From: Raillietiella orientalis
Lineage: Eukaryota
Assembly: GCA_036172245.1 (NCBI GenBank)
Contig: JAYWIR010000005.1
Span: 3,658,001 to 3,722,000 of the forward strand
Direction of reading: 5' to 3'
DNA length: 64,000 bases
Below are positions 41,301 to 50,949 of this stretch, one piece after another; position 1 is the first letter of the stretch; the number at the start of each line of letters is the position of its first letter. A program made the position numbers and the translations under genes. Under the pieces are notes generated by a model that saw only the letters and a list, made by a program, of their open reading frames with translations, searched no databases and was not told the origin of the DNA.

Positions 41301-44300
41301 AAGGATTTTTTCGTCTTCTCCTCCAATGGGAGGCGTCCCCGGTTTCTGCAGAGACTTCAGAAGGGAGAGGAAGATAGGGAACGACGCGCTCTCAAGCGGA
41401 TGCGGGCCGCTCCCCCTCCCCCTTGCGGCGGAGGCGGCACTCCAGAGACGTCCTGGTTCCTTCCGACTCTCTCTCGGATCCTTTGTCTTACCCACAGTGG
41501 CGCCGGCAGTCTCACTGCGGCTCCAGACTCGTAGACCCTCTGGAGCCACCGTGGCTGCCAGTGACCAGACGTGGGGACATGCGCGAAAAGGGGGGGGAGC
41601 ACGGAAACGGGTCCTCCTCCCCCCAGGAGACCGTAGCTCTCCTCTGTGGGCACACGCTCCTTTCCAGTGTTTTTCCGAGGGAGAGAGGGGGCGTCAGGCT
41701 CTTCCCTCAGGCCTTCGTCTCGCCCGGGCTCTCCGCCTCTGGAGGGGCGCTCGCTGTGCCATCTAGCGAGGAATCCTCAAAGCTCTCGCCGACCTTCGTA
41801 CGCTCCCAGAGACTCCTGTTGCTTGCGGAACTGAAGCCGAAGAAGGGAGAAGGAAGGAGACACCCACTGAGTCCTTACCTCTTCCCCCCCTCCCCCTAGC
41901 AGGATGGTGGTGGTACTGATGGTCATTCCCTGACCCGTCTGGGGTCTCGTTTCGAGCCAATGGCTGCAAAACTGGGGGAGGGGATTAGCGAGGGAAGAAG
42001 GAAGAGCAAGACGAAACTCCCCCCACGCTACAAAGGGAACCTTAGGTAGGCGTATCCTATGCTCATCCGAGCGAGGCGGAGGGAAGGGGAAGGTGGGCAG
42101 CGAGCAGCCCCTTGTGAAGTTGGAGACCGAGCGAGCCATCTGCCGGCGTGTCTGCGGAAGTGCTCTTGGGGATTGGATCGATTGGCCGGGAGGAGGGCGC
42201 GACGGAGGGGGGCGAGAGTGAGGGGGGATGCTATACCCGGACGCTCACCTCTTTCTTCGTACCTTGTTCCCTCATTTCCTTTCCCTCTCTCCACTCTCTT
42301 CTTCGCCTGCCCCCTCTCCCTCTTCCCTTTTGAAAGACACGTCCCACTTCGCTCCCCTCCCGGACCACGCACCCTTGCTTCCCTCTTGCATGGCCCGCAA
42401 AGGGGAGAGACGCGCGGGAAGGGAGGCGAAAGGATGCAGAGCACGCCTCAGCGAGCCGTTATGCATCGCTCTGCGCGTAGAGAGCTGGTATGGCACGTAG
42501 CCTTAGCAACGGGCAGTTCCGGAGAGCCCGCGAGACAGCATGCTCCCTCGGGTGGCTGCCCCCCCCCCCCTCGGTGAGGACGAAGCACTCGTGAACTTAG
42601 GACAGGAGCGGGCCTTCTCTCCGGGAACGAAGATCACCCGCTCGCCTCCTCTCCTCGCCACTCCGGAGCGTCGCACGCGGGTGCTCCCCGGAAGCCAGGG
42701 AGCACCTCAGGGTGAGAGCGCGGAGCAGCAGCGTCTAGTCGAGTCAAGGAAGCGCGACGGGCCCCCTGACCCTCATAGTTCCTCGAGAGAGCGGGTTGCT
42801 CCACCTGCCTTCAGAAGGCTCCCCACGCTCCACGGAACCTTTCGTCTTCCCAGATTACGCCATGAGCCGAACCATTCTGGGGGACGCCTTCCATCCCGAG
42901 GGCATCGTCGTGTCCCGGATCGTCCTCGCAAACATTCCCGTGAGAAACGGGGTGGTGCACCTCATCGAGCGGCCACTGATGGTCGTCCAGGACACTGTCA
43001 CGCAGCTCCTCAAGGTAAGTCCGAGGGCTCCCTTCGGGAATCCCTGAACTCCGGGAAGACGAAGGAAGGTGGCAGGAGGGATGCAGTTCGTTTGCGAAGC
43101 GCCAGGAAGAAGCAGCAGCTTCTCGGCGGAGCCCAGGAAGTTAGGGGAGGCGCGCCGATCTCCTGAGTGAGAGCGGAGAGGATGGGGGAAGGGAAGACAC
43201 AGGGCCGTCGGAAGTTCGCTGGTCGTTACTGCGCGCATCTCGGGGATGGCGCTCGCTCGCTGATGGGAGCGCAGGGATGAGCGAACGGGATCCTTTTTCT
43301 CATCCTCCCTTCCGGAAGTAGTATTTAGGCAGGCCTTCTACACCTGTCCCCATGGCAACGGGAGGCAACGATCTCTCCTCTCTCTTGACCGCATCTTCCA
43401 CAAAGCCCGCGGCATCCTCTTCCGGGAATCGTCTCTTCCTGGGAGACGCTCCTGAAACCCCGCGACTTCCAGGCGACCAGCATCCGGAGGCGTTGCGGAG
43501 AGCTCGGACGCCTCCTCCGGACCCCCCCCCCCCCTCCCCTCAGAAAAAAGGGGAGAGAGGAGGGTGAAGCAGCAAACGTCCCTATGCCACGTCCCGAAGG
43601 CGATCGAAGACGGGAGGATGCCTCGAGGTAGCGCGGAGGTTCCCCTCTGCTTCTGCCTGGGGCGAGTGTGATGGAGGAAAGGAAAAGGGGGGCATTGCTA
43701 CCGTCCGCAACTGGACTTCGCTCGTCCCCTTTGCATGCAGGAGGACGGAGTACAGATCGAGCCCGCCTGCCCCGTCTTCCCGGAGCTCCAACCCCCCTCC
43801 CCCTTCCTGCCATCTTCCTCTCTCATTCGCCTTCCAGCAAGAGTCCAAAGGACAGTTCAGGAGATTCTTCGAAACCATCCAGGATTACAGCCAGCCGTTC
43901 CTGCAGGAGCTGGAGAGTTTGACGGAGGCCACTCTGTTCGTCCCATCGAACGACGCTTTCGACGGCGTGGGGAAGTCCCGACTGGACAACCTCCTGGCAG
44001 ACAGGAGAAAGCTGCGCAGCCTGCTGAGGATCCACCTGGTCCCGGACGCAAGGATCATGTTCGCCGACGTGCTGGACGGGTCCAGACGGGAGGTGAGTTC
44101 TCAGATCCCGCCGAGGTCCCCGCGTGCTCTTCTGAGAGCCGGCGTCCCGCGAGCCCGTCCGTCGGCAGCAGTCCCTGCCAGACCTTGACGGTAGCGAGAA
44201 TGGGGATTCCGGCTTGCTGCCGACGGAGGCGCCCTCCCCTTCGCCAGAGACAGGAGGGTCACTGCCCCCGTTGCAGGCGACCACCGCCGAAGGGACCCAG

Positions 44301-45244
44301 AAGCTGCTCCTGTCCTTCGCCGTCGACGAGTCCGGGCGCCAGCGCCTGACCGTCGAGGGGAGAGGCTCCAATGCCACCGTGCTGGTTCCCGACGTCCTGG
44401 CCGCCAACGGGGTCATCCACATCGTGGACAGGATCATGGGGATCCCGTACCAGAGCGTGCGGGAGAAGCTAGCTGGAGACCCCGTCCTCAGGTGAGGGTC
44501 CCCCTCTCCTTCCTTCCTCTCCTCCTCCTCTCCCAGCGACTCGTTCCACCTGGGAGAGCGGAGCGGCTTCAACCAGCAGCTGGACGACGACGGGAGCGGC
44601 ACCCGGAAGTTCACCTTCTTCGTCCCGGAGAACAGGGCCTGGAGAGACGCCAAGCGCCAGGGGGGGCGCCAAGACAACGCCGAATCGTTGCTGCTCACCG
44701 ACAGGAATCCCCACCTGGTGAGACGAACTCCACCGGGCGCGGGCGATGTCCGGCGGAGGAAAGGGGACACTGGGGACAAGGATTTCTCCTCCTTCCTTCA
44801 CTCAGTCCGCCCTCTCCCCCGTAGGTCCAGGAGATCCTGAGCAGGCACCTGGTCGTCGGGGAGCAGCTGTCCGGCGAGGACCTGCGGAACGTGAGCCTAC
44901 GGAACGGGACGCTGCTCCCGGTCGAGGGAAGGAGCATCTCCCTGAGGAGCATGGGATCCGGAGGTGAGGGAAACTCCACCCCGTCGCCGTCTCTCCCTCT
45001 CACGCGCACCTCCTCCTGCTGTGCAGATCTGCTAGTCGAGAGAGACGGCGTCAGAGCAAGGATCGTGAGGTCAGACGTGGAGTGCACGAACGGTGTCATC
45101 CACGTCGTGGACAAGGTCTTCGTGGGCGACGGCGACTTCTTCTTCGCCTGGAGCGGGGCGGCCGCCGCGAGGGCGTCCTGCGCGGCGGCCGCCGGCCTCG
45201 TCTTCCTCAGCAGCCGCTACGCCAGGAAACTCACCTCCTCGTGA
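35370..45244 (+). CDS. Fas1: Fasciclin-1 cell adhesion molecule (signal peptide, four FAS1 domains, probable GPI signal), 11 exons, 668 aa
   Basis: Exons 35370-35489, 38584-38722, 38779-38957, 39115-39245, 39761-40029, 42854-43014, 43838-44092, 44277-44491, 44537-44717, 44825-44963 and 45027-45244 sum to 2007 nt, all GT-AG and phase-compatible. Four H1/H2 motif pairs: TLFAATNEA/VLHVIDRVL, TFFIPVD/NGVVHLIERPL, TLFVPSNDAF/NGVIHIVDRIM, TFFVPENRAW/NGVIHVVDKVF. Hydrophobic N-terminus and a small-residue plus hydrophobic C-terminus. Confidence 0.95.
36282..36352. repeat. Purine-rich 31-bp tandem repeat, about 2.2 copies, in Fas1 intron 1
   Basis: ggaggaggggaggaaggttggaagaggggag repeated head to tail. 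Confidence 0.75.
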
Positions 45245-46125
45245 TGATGCCCGCCGGGTACTCCCTCCTTTGCGAGGGGGGCGTCCGCCCGCGCGACGGT
45301 CGGACCCGGAAGCGCCCGCCCGTCCTCCTGTCCGCGCGGTGGGACGAGACGCGCGGAAATACACTGCTGCCGACGTGCACCCCCGACCACCCGTGTTCCG
45401 GCGTTAAGGAGACGAATGGGACGAGGGGCGCAACCATGCCATCACCCGAGTCATGGGCGAGGATGACTTTTTCTTCTCGGTCCCCACGCGGAGAGCCAGG
45501 CTGCGTCTTTCTCCCTCTGGGCACTCGTTCCCCCCTTTCGCGGAGGAGTAAAGCGGGATGAGAGGGGGGAAGGTAGGAGGATGCCCTGGGGATCTCCTGC
45601 TTTTTCCGCTCGCCCTGTGCGAGCGCCGGACGGGACGTTCGCAGAAGAGGATCAGCGAAAGATGGACCCTGGAGTAGGGGAGGGACCCGTGGAAGGGAGA
45701 AGGTGCGGGAGGAGAAACCTCCGACTTGGCACAGCAGGCAGGTTCCTTGCCCTCTGGGCGTCCGCCAGTCGGGTCTCGAGGCGTCTCTCGGAATGCGAAG
45801 GTTCGAGTCGGGAGGGGGAACGCCAACCGCGCGCCGTTCCCTCCCACTCCCTCTCCCGATAGCAGGGAGTCCTTCTCCAGGGACCTCATCTTCTAGAAGC
45901 TACCCGCGTCACCTCTGGATCCCGTTGGCGACGGCGACCGTGCTCGCTGGCTCGGCCGTCCCCCGCATGGACGCGCGCGCGCACGTGCGTACCGCTCTCA
46001 GGGCGGGTGTCTCCGTAGCGACTGCTGCACTCTTGAGTGGAAGGGACACCGGGATTGGTGGAGGTGCGTCCCCGCGCGCTCTGCGGGGAGCTTTCCATGG
46101 CGGGAAGACGAAGCGAAACCTCTCG

Positions 46126-46350
46126 ATTTTCACCCGGTTTTCGCCGGGTGAAAATATTATTATAAATGAATAATATTTATATTAATAATATTTATATTTA
46201 ATAATATTTATATTTTCATATAATAATATTATTATAAATATTATTATATGAAAATATTAATATTATTATAAATATTATTATATGAAAATATTGATATTAT
46301 TATAAATATTATTATATGAAAATATTGATATTATTATAAATATTATTTTA
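46126..46350. repeat. 12-bp perfect hairpin followed by an almost pure A/T island of 34-bp tandem and inverted units
   Basis: attttcacccgg-ttttcg-ccgggtgaaaat at 46126-46155. Units atattattataaatattattatatgaaaatatt(a/g) start at 46226, 46260, 46294 and 46328 (partial). 46211-46230 is the reverse complement of part of the unit. Confidence 0.9.
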
Positions 46351-46369
46351 AAAACAAACTTTAAAAACG

Positions 46370-49300
46370 TGCTGTGGCTGGACCAGTGCCCCAGCCACGC
46401 ACGAAGAAACAGAGCCTGCCGGGTCACCGGTTCGCAGACCGGTATGGTCCACCACGGCAGCAGGGGGAAGGGGGATAAACAAAAAAACTAAAAAAGAAAA
46501 GAAAACGTGGGAAGGTACGGGAAGGGATCACTGTTGCTGCTGGGGCCGTTGCATCCTTTGCAGGATGCCAGCAAGCTCTCTCTGCATTCGTGGATCCAGA
46601 TGGAGCCATCGCGATGCCCTCTTCAAAAATTCGTCGGCACCCTTATCGCGAGGTCCTCTCTCAGCCTTGCTCCAAGCAGCGACGATCTTGCGAAGGCAAC
46701 ACATGGCTGCTAACGAGGCAGCAGGCCGAAGGGCGTCAGCAACGGAAAGGGCTTTCAAAGCGTCCCTAGGGCTGCCGCAGGGGATTACGATGGCTGCGGC
46801 AAAGAGTAGCCAAAGGTTCCGAAGGGCAACACAATCCACAAGGAGGTGAGGGAGAGACTCCCGTTCCTCATACCTAACACAGTTGGGGTTCACCGCTCCC
46901 CAAGTCCAATGGTGTCGGCGGGCGATGCAGGGGAGTCCCCAGTGCAGCAACAGGAGCGCCGACTCCTGCCATTTTAAGGGGAGGGTGGAGGTGTTCATTA
47001 GCACTGGGGGCCACTTCAGATGTTCAATCGGAACCTCGAGCAGCGCACCCCAGCGCAGAAGTCCATGGGGTGGTGTACTCGGGGTCTGAGCGTCTGTTAG
47101 TTGGCCGTCTTACACTCTCCTATTTTCTTCTCCCTTCCGGAGATTTCGACTACAACCTCCCACTTCGCTGCAACATCGCTGTCCAGATCTGAAGGAGGCC
47201 AGCGCAGCAGGAGGGGGGTTCTTCCTGACCACGCTTTCTTCTTAGGATCCTCCAGGATCTCCTGGAGCGTGCAACTTCTGTAGCGCCCGAACAGGAACCG
47301 TCGTTCCTGTAGGGCGCGTTGCATGCCGCTCTGTGTCCACGTGCGAACGGTTTCCTGCAACCAGGCACTACCGTTCGTGAGGCGACAGGTGATCCATCCT
47401 TGGTTTTTCCGAACCAAGGCTGCCACCCTCCGTAGCTGGAGCCCACATCGGTTGATGCGGCGGCGATAGAATGCAAGAAAGGACACGAGTCCCGTCTTGC
47501 CTGTGGCTTGCTGGAGAAGGAGACGTGCAGGGACGCACCAACAGGTGCACCACAACTCTGGAACAAGTGCCAGCATTCGGAACTGGAGCTGAAGCTCCAG
47601 CCGCTCCAATGTCAGGATGCCTAGACCGCCATCCCGACGCAGAGCGCACAAGTCCCTCAAGCGGACTTGGGCCCTCCCGTTGCCCCAAAGGGCGATACGG
47701 AGGAGGTCCTTTGTCCGCTTTTTAATTCTCTCTGTGGGGGGGCAAACAAAAAGCAGGGGGCGGAGGAGAGGAGGCGCGAACGTGTTCCAAACCGCGGCCC
47801 GTTCAGGAAGGAAAAACCTGCCACCTCGGAACGGGCCGATCGCCGTCTCTACTTTTTGGAGGCAGCCGGACCACGCTTCCGCAGGGGAGTAGTCCCCCAA
47901 CGGCACACCAAGGTACTTGAAGTACCTCACCGTGGGGATCCCCAAAGGGACCCAGTCCTGCTGCCCTGCCCACGCCGCACCAACTGGTATCACGGACGAC
48001 TTCGCCCTGTTCACTGTTATGCCTGTTCCCCGACGGAGCAGGTCGAAGAACTCGACCGCCGAAGCCTGGGTGGACACAGGGAGCAGCAGCAGAAGGTCGT
48101 CCGCGTACGCTGAAACCGCAGGCGTACCGGCACAATCGTGCGGCAGGCGCGCCAGAGTTTCCCTGTACGCTCTCAGTACCAACTCGAAGTAGGTACTGAA
48201 GAGCAAGGGGCTCAGGCTGTCTCCTTGCCGTATCCCACGCCGCACCGGCACGCCGTGCACGGTCTGCCCGCTGAAAGAAACGTTGATGAGAGCGTCGCGC
48301 CATCTGGAGCTCAGACAGGCCAATAATGAGGCCGGGAAGCCCAAGCGTTCCAGAAGCTCCAGCAGGAGTTTATGGTCGATGCTGTCGAATGCTTTGTGCA
48401 AGCCGACTGCGACCTCTAGGGCTCCCTCCTTCACCCGACCATCCGTCCCCTTGCCGACGAACTCACAGGAATTCAGGCTGCGCACCAAGCCCCTTTCATG
48501 CTGGAGCTCCAGCCAGGTGGAAGCGTGGAACAGGTTCGCCTCCATGCTTCGCCCGGGAACAGCATATGTCTGCTCCGGGCTGATGAAGGCGTTAGCAACC
48601 CGTCCCAGACGCTCTGCCCACAACTTTGCTAGCAACTTGGCATCCGCATTCACTATTGTGATGGGACGCCAGTTGTTCATGCTCCTCAGATCTCCTCCCT
48701 TAGGGAGGAGCCGCACCTTTGCCGAGCGAAACGAGGCGGGAACGTCACCTGTCTCGCGGATCAGCAAGGTGAGCTGATGTACCAGGGAGTAAGCTCTGCC
48801 GCGAAAGTTTGATAAAACTCCGCGGGCAGGCCGTCCTCCCCTGGAGCCTTGCGCCTCTTGAGCTTTCCGATGGCCGAGAGGATCTCGTCCATCGTGAAAG
48901 GCTCGTCGAGGGTCTTTCTCTGCTCCTCCCCGATCGCTGGAGTGCCTTCCGGAAGCAGGAGTCGTGAGACATCTTGCTCGGGAGGCGTTCTTGCGTGCAG
49001 AGAGGTATAAAAACATTTCAGAAGACCGCGAATCTGGGTGGGTGCCGAGTGCTCCCGGCCCTGATCGGCCAGCAAGCTGGCCGATCCGGACTGCCAGGCT
49101 TGCCTCTTGGCTCTCGCTCTGTATTCTGCTAGCCTGAGGATGTCGGGGGTCCTTGCGTAACGTCGGGTCTGCAGGTAGCAACTTTCGTTACGGACCCCGT
49201 CCCCAAATCCCGCAGGTAGGCGGTGCATAGGGAACTGGTCGCAGAACTCCTGGACCGACCACTTGAAGCGGTCCCAGTCCTGGAGCGTCTTCATCCCCAA

Positions 49301-50200
49301 GGTAATGGAAAGCCGTTGCCGCCGTCTCTAGGGAAGAAAAGGACCGAGGAAGAGAGATAAAGGTCGAAAGTCGGCCGGAACAGTCGAAACCTCTCGACTG
49401 CTCCGGCCGAGTTTCCGAAGAGGCGGGAGGATCCTTCCCCGTTTCCCAAAGGCGTTCTTCCCGTAGGAACGGCACGGCGGAGCAAGGCGACCTTTCCCTC
49501 TCTTCCTCGGTCCTTTTCTTCCCTAGAGACGGCGGCGATGGCTTTCCATTATCTTGGGGATGCGGGCGCATGCGGACGAGGAGACGTGGCAGGCAGGCAG
49601 TGGTTTCATCGGAAAGTCTCCACACTCTGGATGGGGTTGTCGTCTTGGCAGGTGGAAGGAATCAGTGAAGGCTCGCAAAGGAGGAAGGGAGGAGGCAGTG
49701 TTCGTCTTTCCGGACATTCTGGGATCTCTCCGGTGCAGCATCTTACCATCTTCAGCAGGGGGGGCATGACGTAAGCGAAGAGGAGCGTCGTCGTCGTCCA
49801 CGACAACGGAGGCTGCCTCCCTCTCGGTGCCGCGCGCGCGGCCGCGGCAAGCGGAAACGATGGCGCTCTTGAGGCAGAGAAAATGTCGCCAGGTGGACCA
49901 TGCCCCAGGCTCAGAGGACAGCACGCTCACTAAGGGCAGTACCGGCAGCCGTTCGTAGCCATCGCCTTTCCCGTCAGCGAGCCACAGTCTTCTGCACCGC
50001 CTCTGAGCAACGTTTGCAGAGGCCTCGTTAAAGACCACCGTCGCTTACACGACTTCCTCAGCTCGCGGTCGTTCAGATGCTTCTGTGTCTCTCCCTGCGA
50101 AGGTGAAGATCCCGGGCGCTCTGCGGTGAAATCCAAGTAATGTCATCGTATTTTTTCGGTAGCAAGTGGAACTGAAGAAGCAACTCTGGGAAGAAGGGAG
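46370..50200 (-). mobile_element. L1/Tx1-like non-LTR retrotransposon ORF2 with 3' UTR, inactivated (copy I)
   Basis: WDRFK, LDEPFTMDEILSAIGKLKRRKAPGEDGLPAEFY (frameshift ~48785), LLPKGGDLRSMNNWRPITIVNADAK, Q.YAVPGRS, KAFDSIDH, RGIRQGDSLSPLLF, YADD, VNRAKS, KYLG, GGLG, then a stop at 47097 and a CCHC remnant CVRYEERESLPHLLVDC with final stop at 46528. The first catalytic Asp position reads G (VGLHKAFD). The endonuclease part above 49560 is far more decayed. Confidence 0.95.
49292..49562. mobile_element. 271-bp foldback/MITE-like segment with 65-bp terminal inverted repeats, inside copy I
   Basis: 49292-49356 and the reverse complement of 49498-49562 match at 62/65 positions (catccccaag.taatggaaagcc.t.gccgccgtctctagggaagaaaaggaccgaggaagagag), with a 141-bp spacer. 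Confidence 0.75.
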
Positions 50201-50949
50201 GGAAGGACGAGTGACCTAGCCGCTCTCTCTGGAAGGATAGAGGGAATGCGATGGACAAGACTGCCGAAAGAACAGGGTTTAGCCTTTCTTTTTCCTCCTT
50301 CCCTCCCGCCACCCCTGTGCACGCAATAGTCCTTCCAGTTCATCCGAAAGGCGGTTTAAAAGGAACAAAGAAAGAGGGAAGAGATAAAGCATCAGTGGCT
50401 GCAAAGAGATGCAGCCGCCCTGATGCATCCACCCATTCGGCCTCCTAAATCCCCGATGCACGAGGGAAGCCCAGCGACGAATTCCTCTGGCGATCGGATC
50501 GGAAGAAGCGGCAGCGGCCGGGTCTCCTGACTTCCAGCGTTGAGCCATTGGCTCCTGGAGGGTCCCTTGGTCCGTCACGGCGTTTTCGCGGCTGCTGACC
50601 GCAAGTGGGCAGTTCCGGCGCACCAACGGCGGACATGCGAGAGCTCATGCTTTCCCTTCCGATGCTCGGAGATCTCCTCCTCCTCCTGCTTCCCAAAACC
50701 TCTGACGTCTCTCCTTTCCTCGCGCTCTTCTCTACTCTCCTATTGGCCACGCCCTACAACTGCTATGAAGCCCAGCTTCTCGATCTCAGATGCAGAAAAA
50801 GGTTACCTGCGTAAAGATCCCTTTCCTCCGCGGGCCAGGGTTTCGGACACCTAAGAGCGAACTCCTGTTCCCTCATAAGCAGAAAGGGAACACGGAGGTG
50901 ATCTTGTTGGCTAACACCCGGTAGCGTCGGGGCGTTCATTATGAAAGAA

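Noticed and set aside
43290..43335. Second micro-exon candidate after a pyrimidine tract in Fas1 intron 6
   Set aside because: No AG...GT pair giving a frame-preserving, stop-free exon.
16000..46000. Hundreds of overlapping 60-370 aa Arg/Pro/Gly/Ser-rich ORFs on both strands
   Set aside because: Expected from stop-codon scarcity in very GC-rich DNA. Apart from Fas1 exons and retroelement remnants, no domains were recognised.
16000..46000. GC-rich block as bacterial contamination, horizontal transfer or a viral insert
   Set aside because: It contains an intron-rich arthropod-type Fas1 gene and the same retroelement class as the flanks, and its edges are gradual.
47097..49181. 694-aa ORF as an active or domesticated reverse transcriptase
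   Set aside because: Its first ~130 residues are an out-of-frame read-through, the first catalytic Asp is replaced by Gly, and a stop cuts off the CCHC region.
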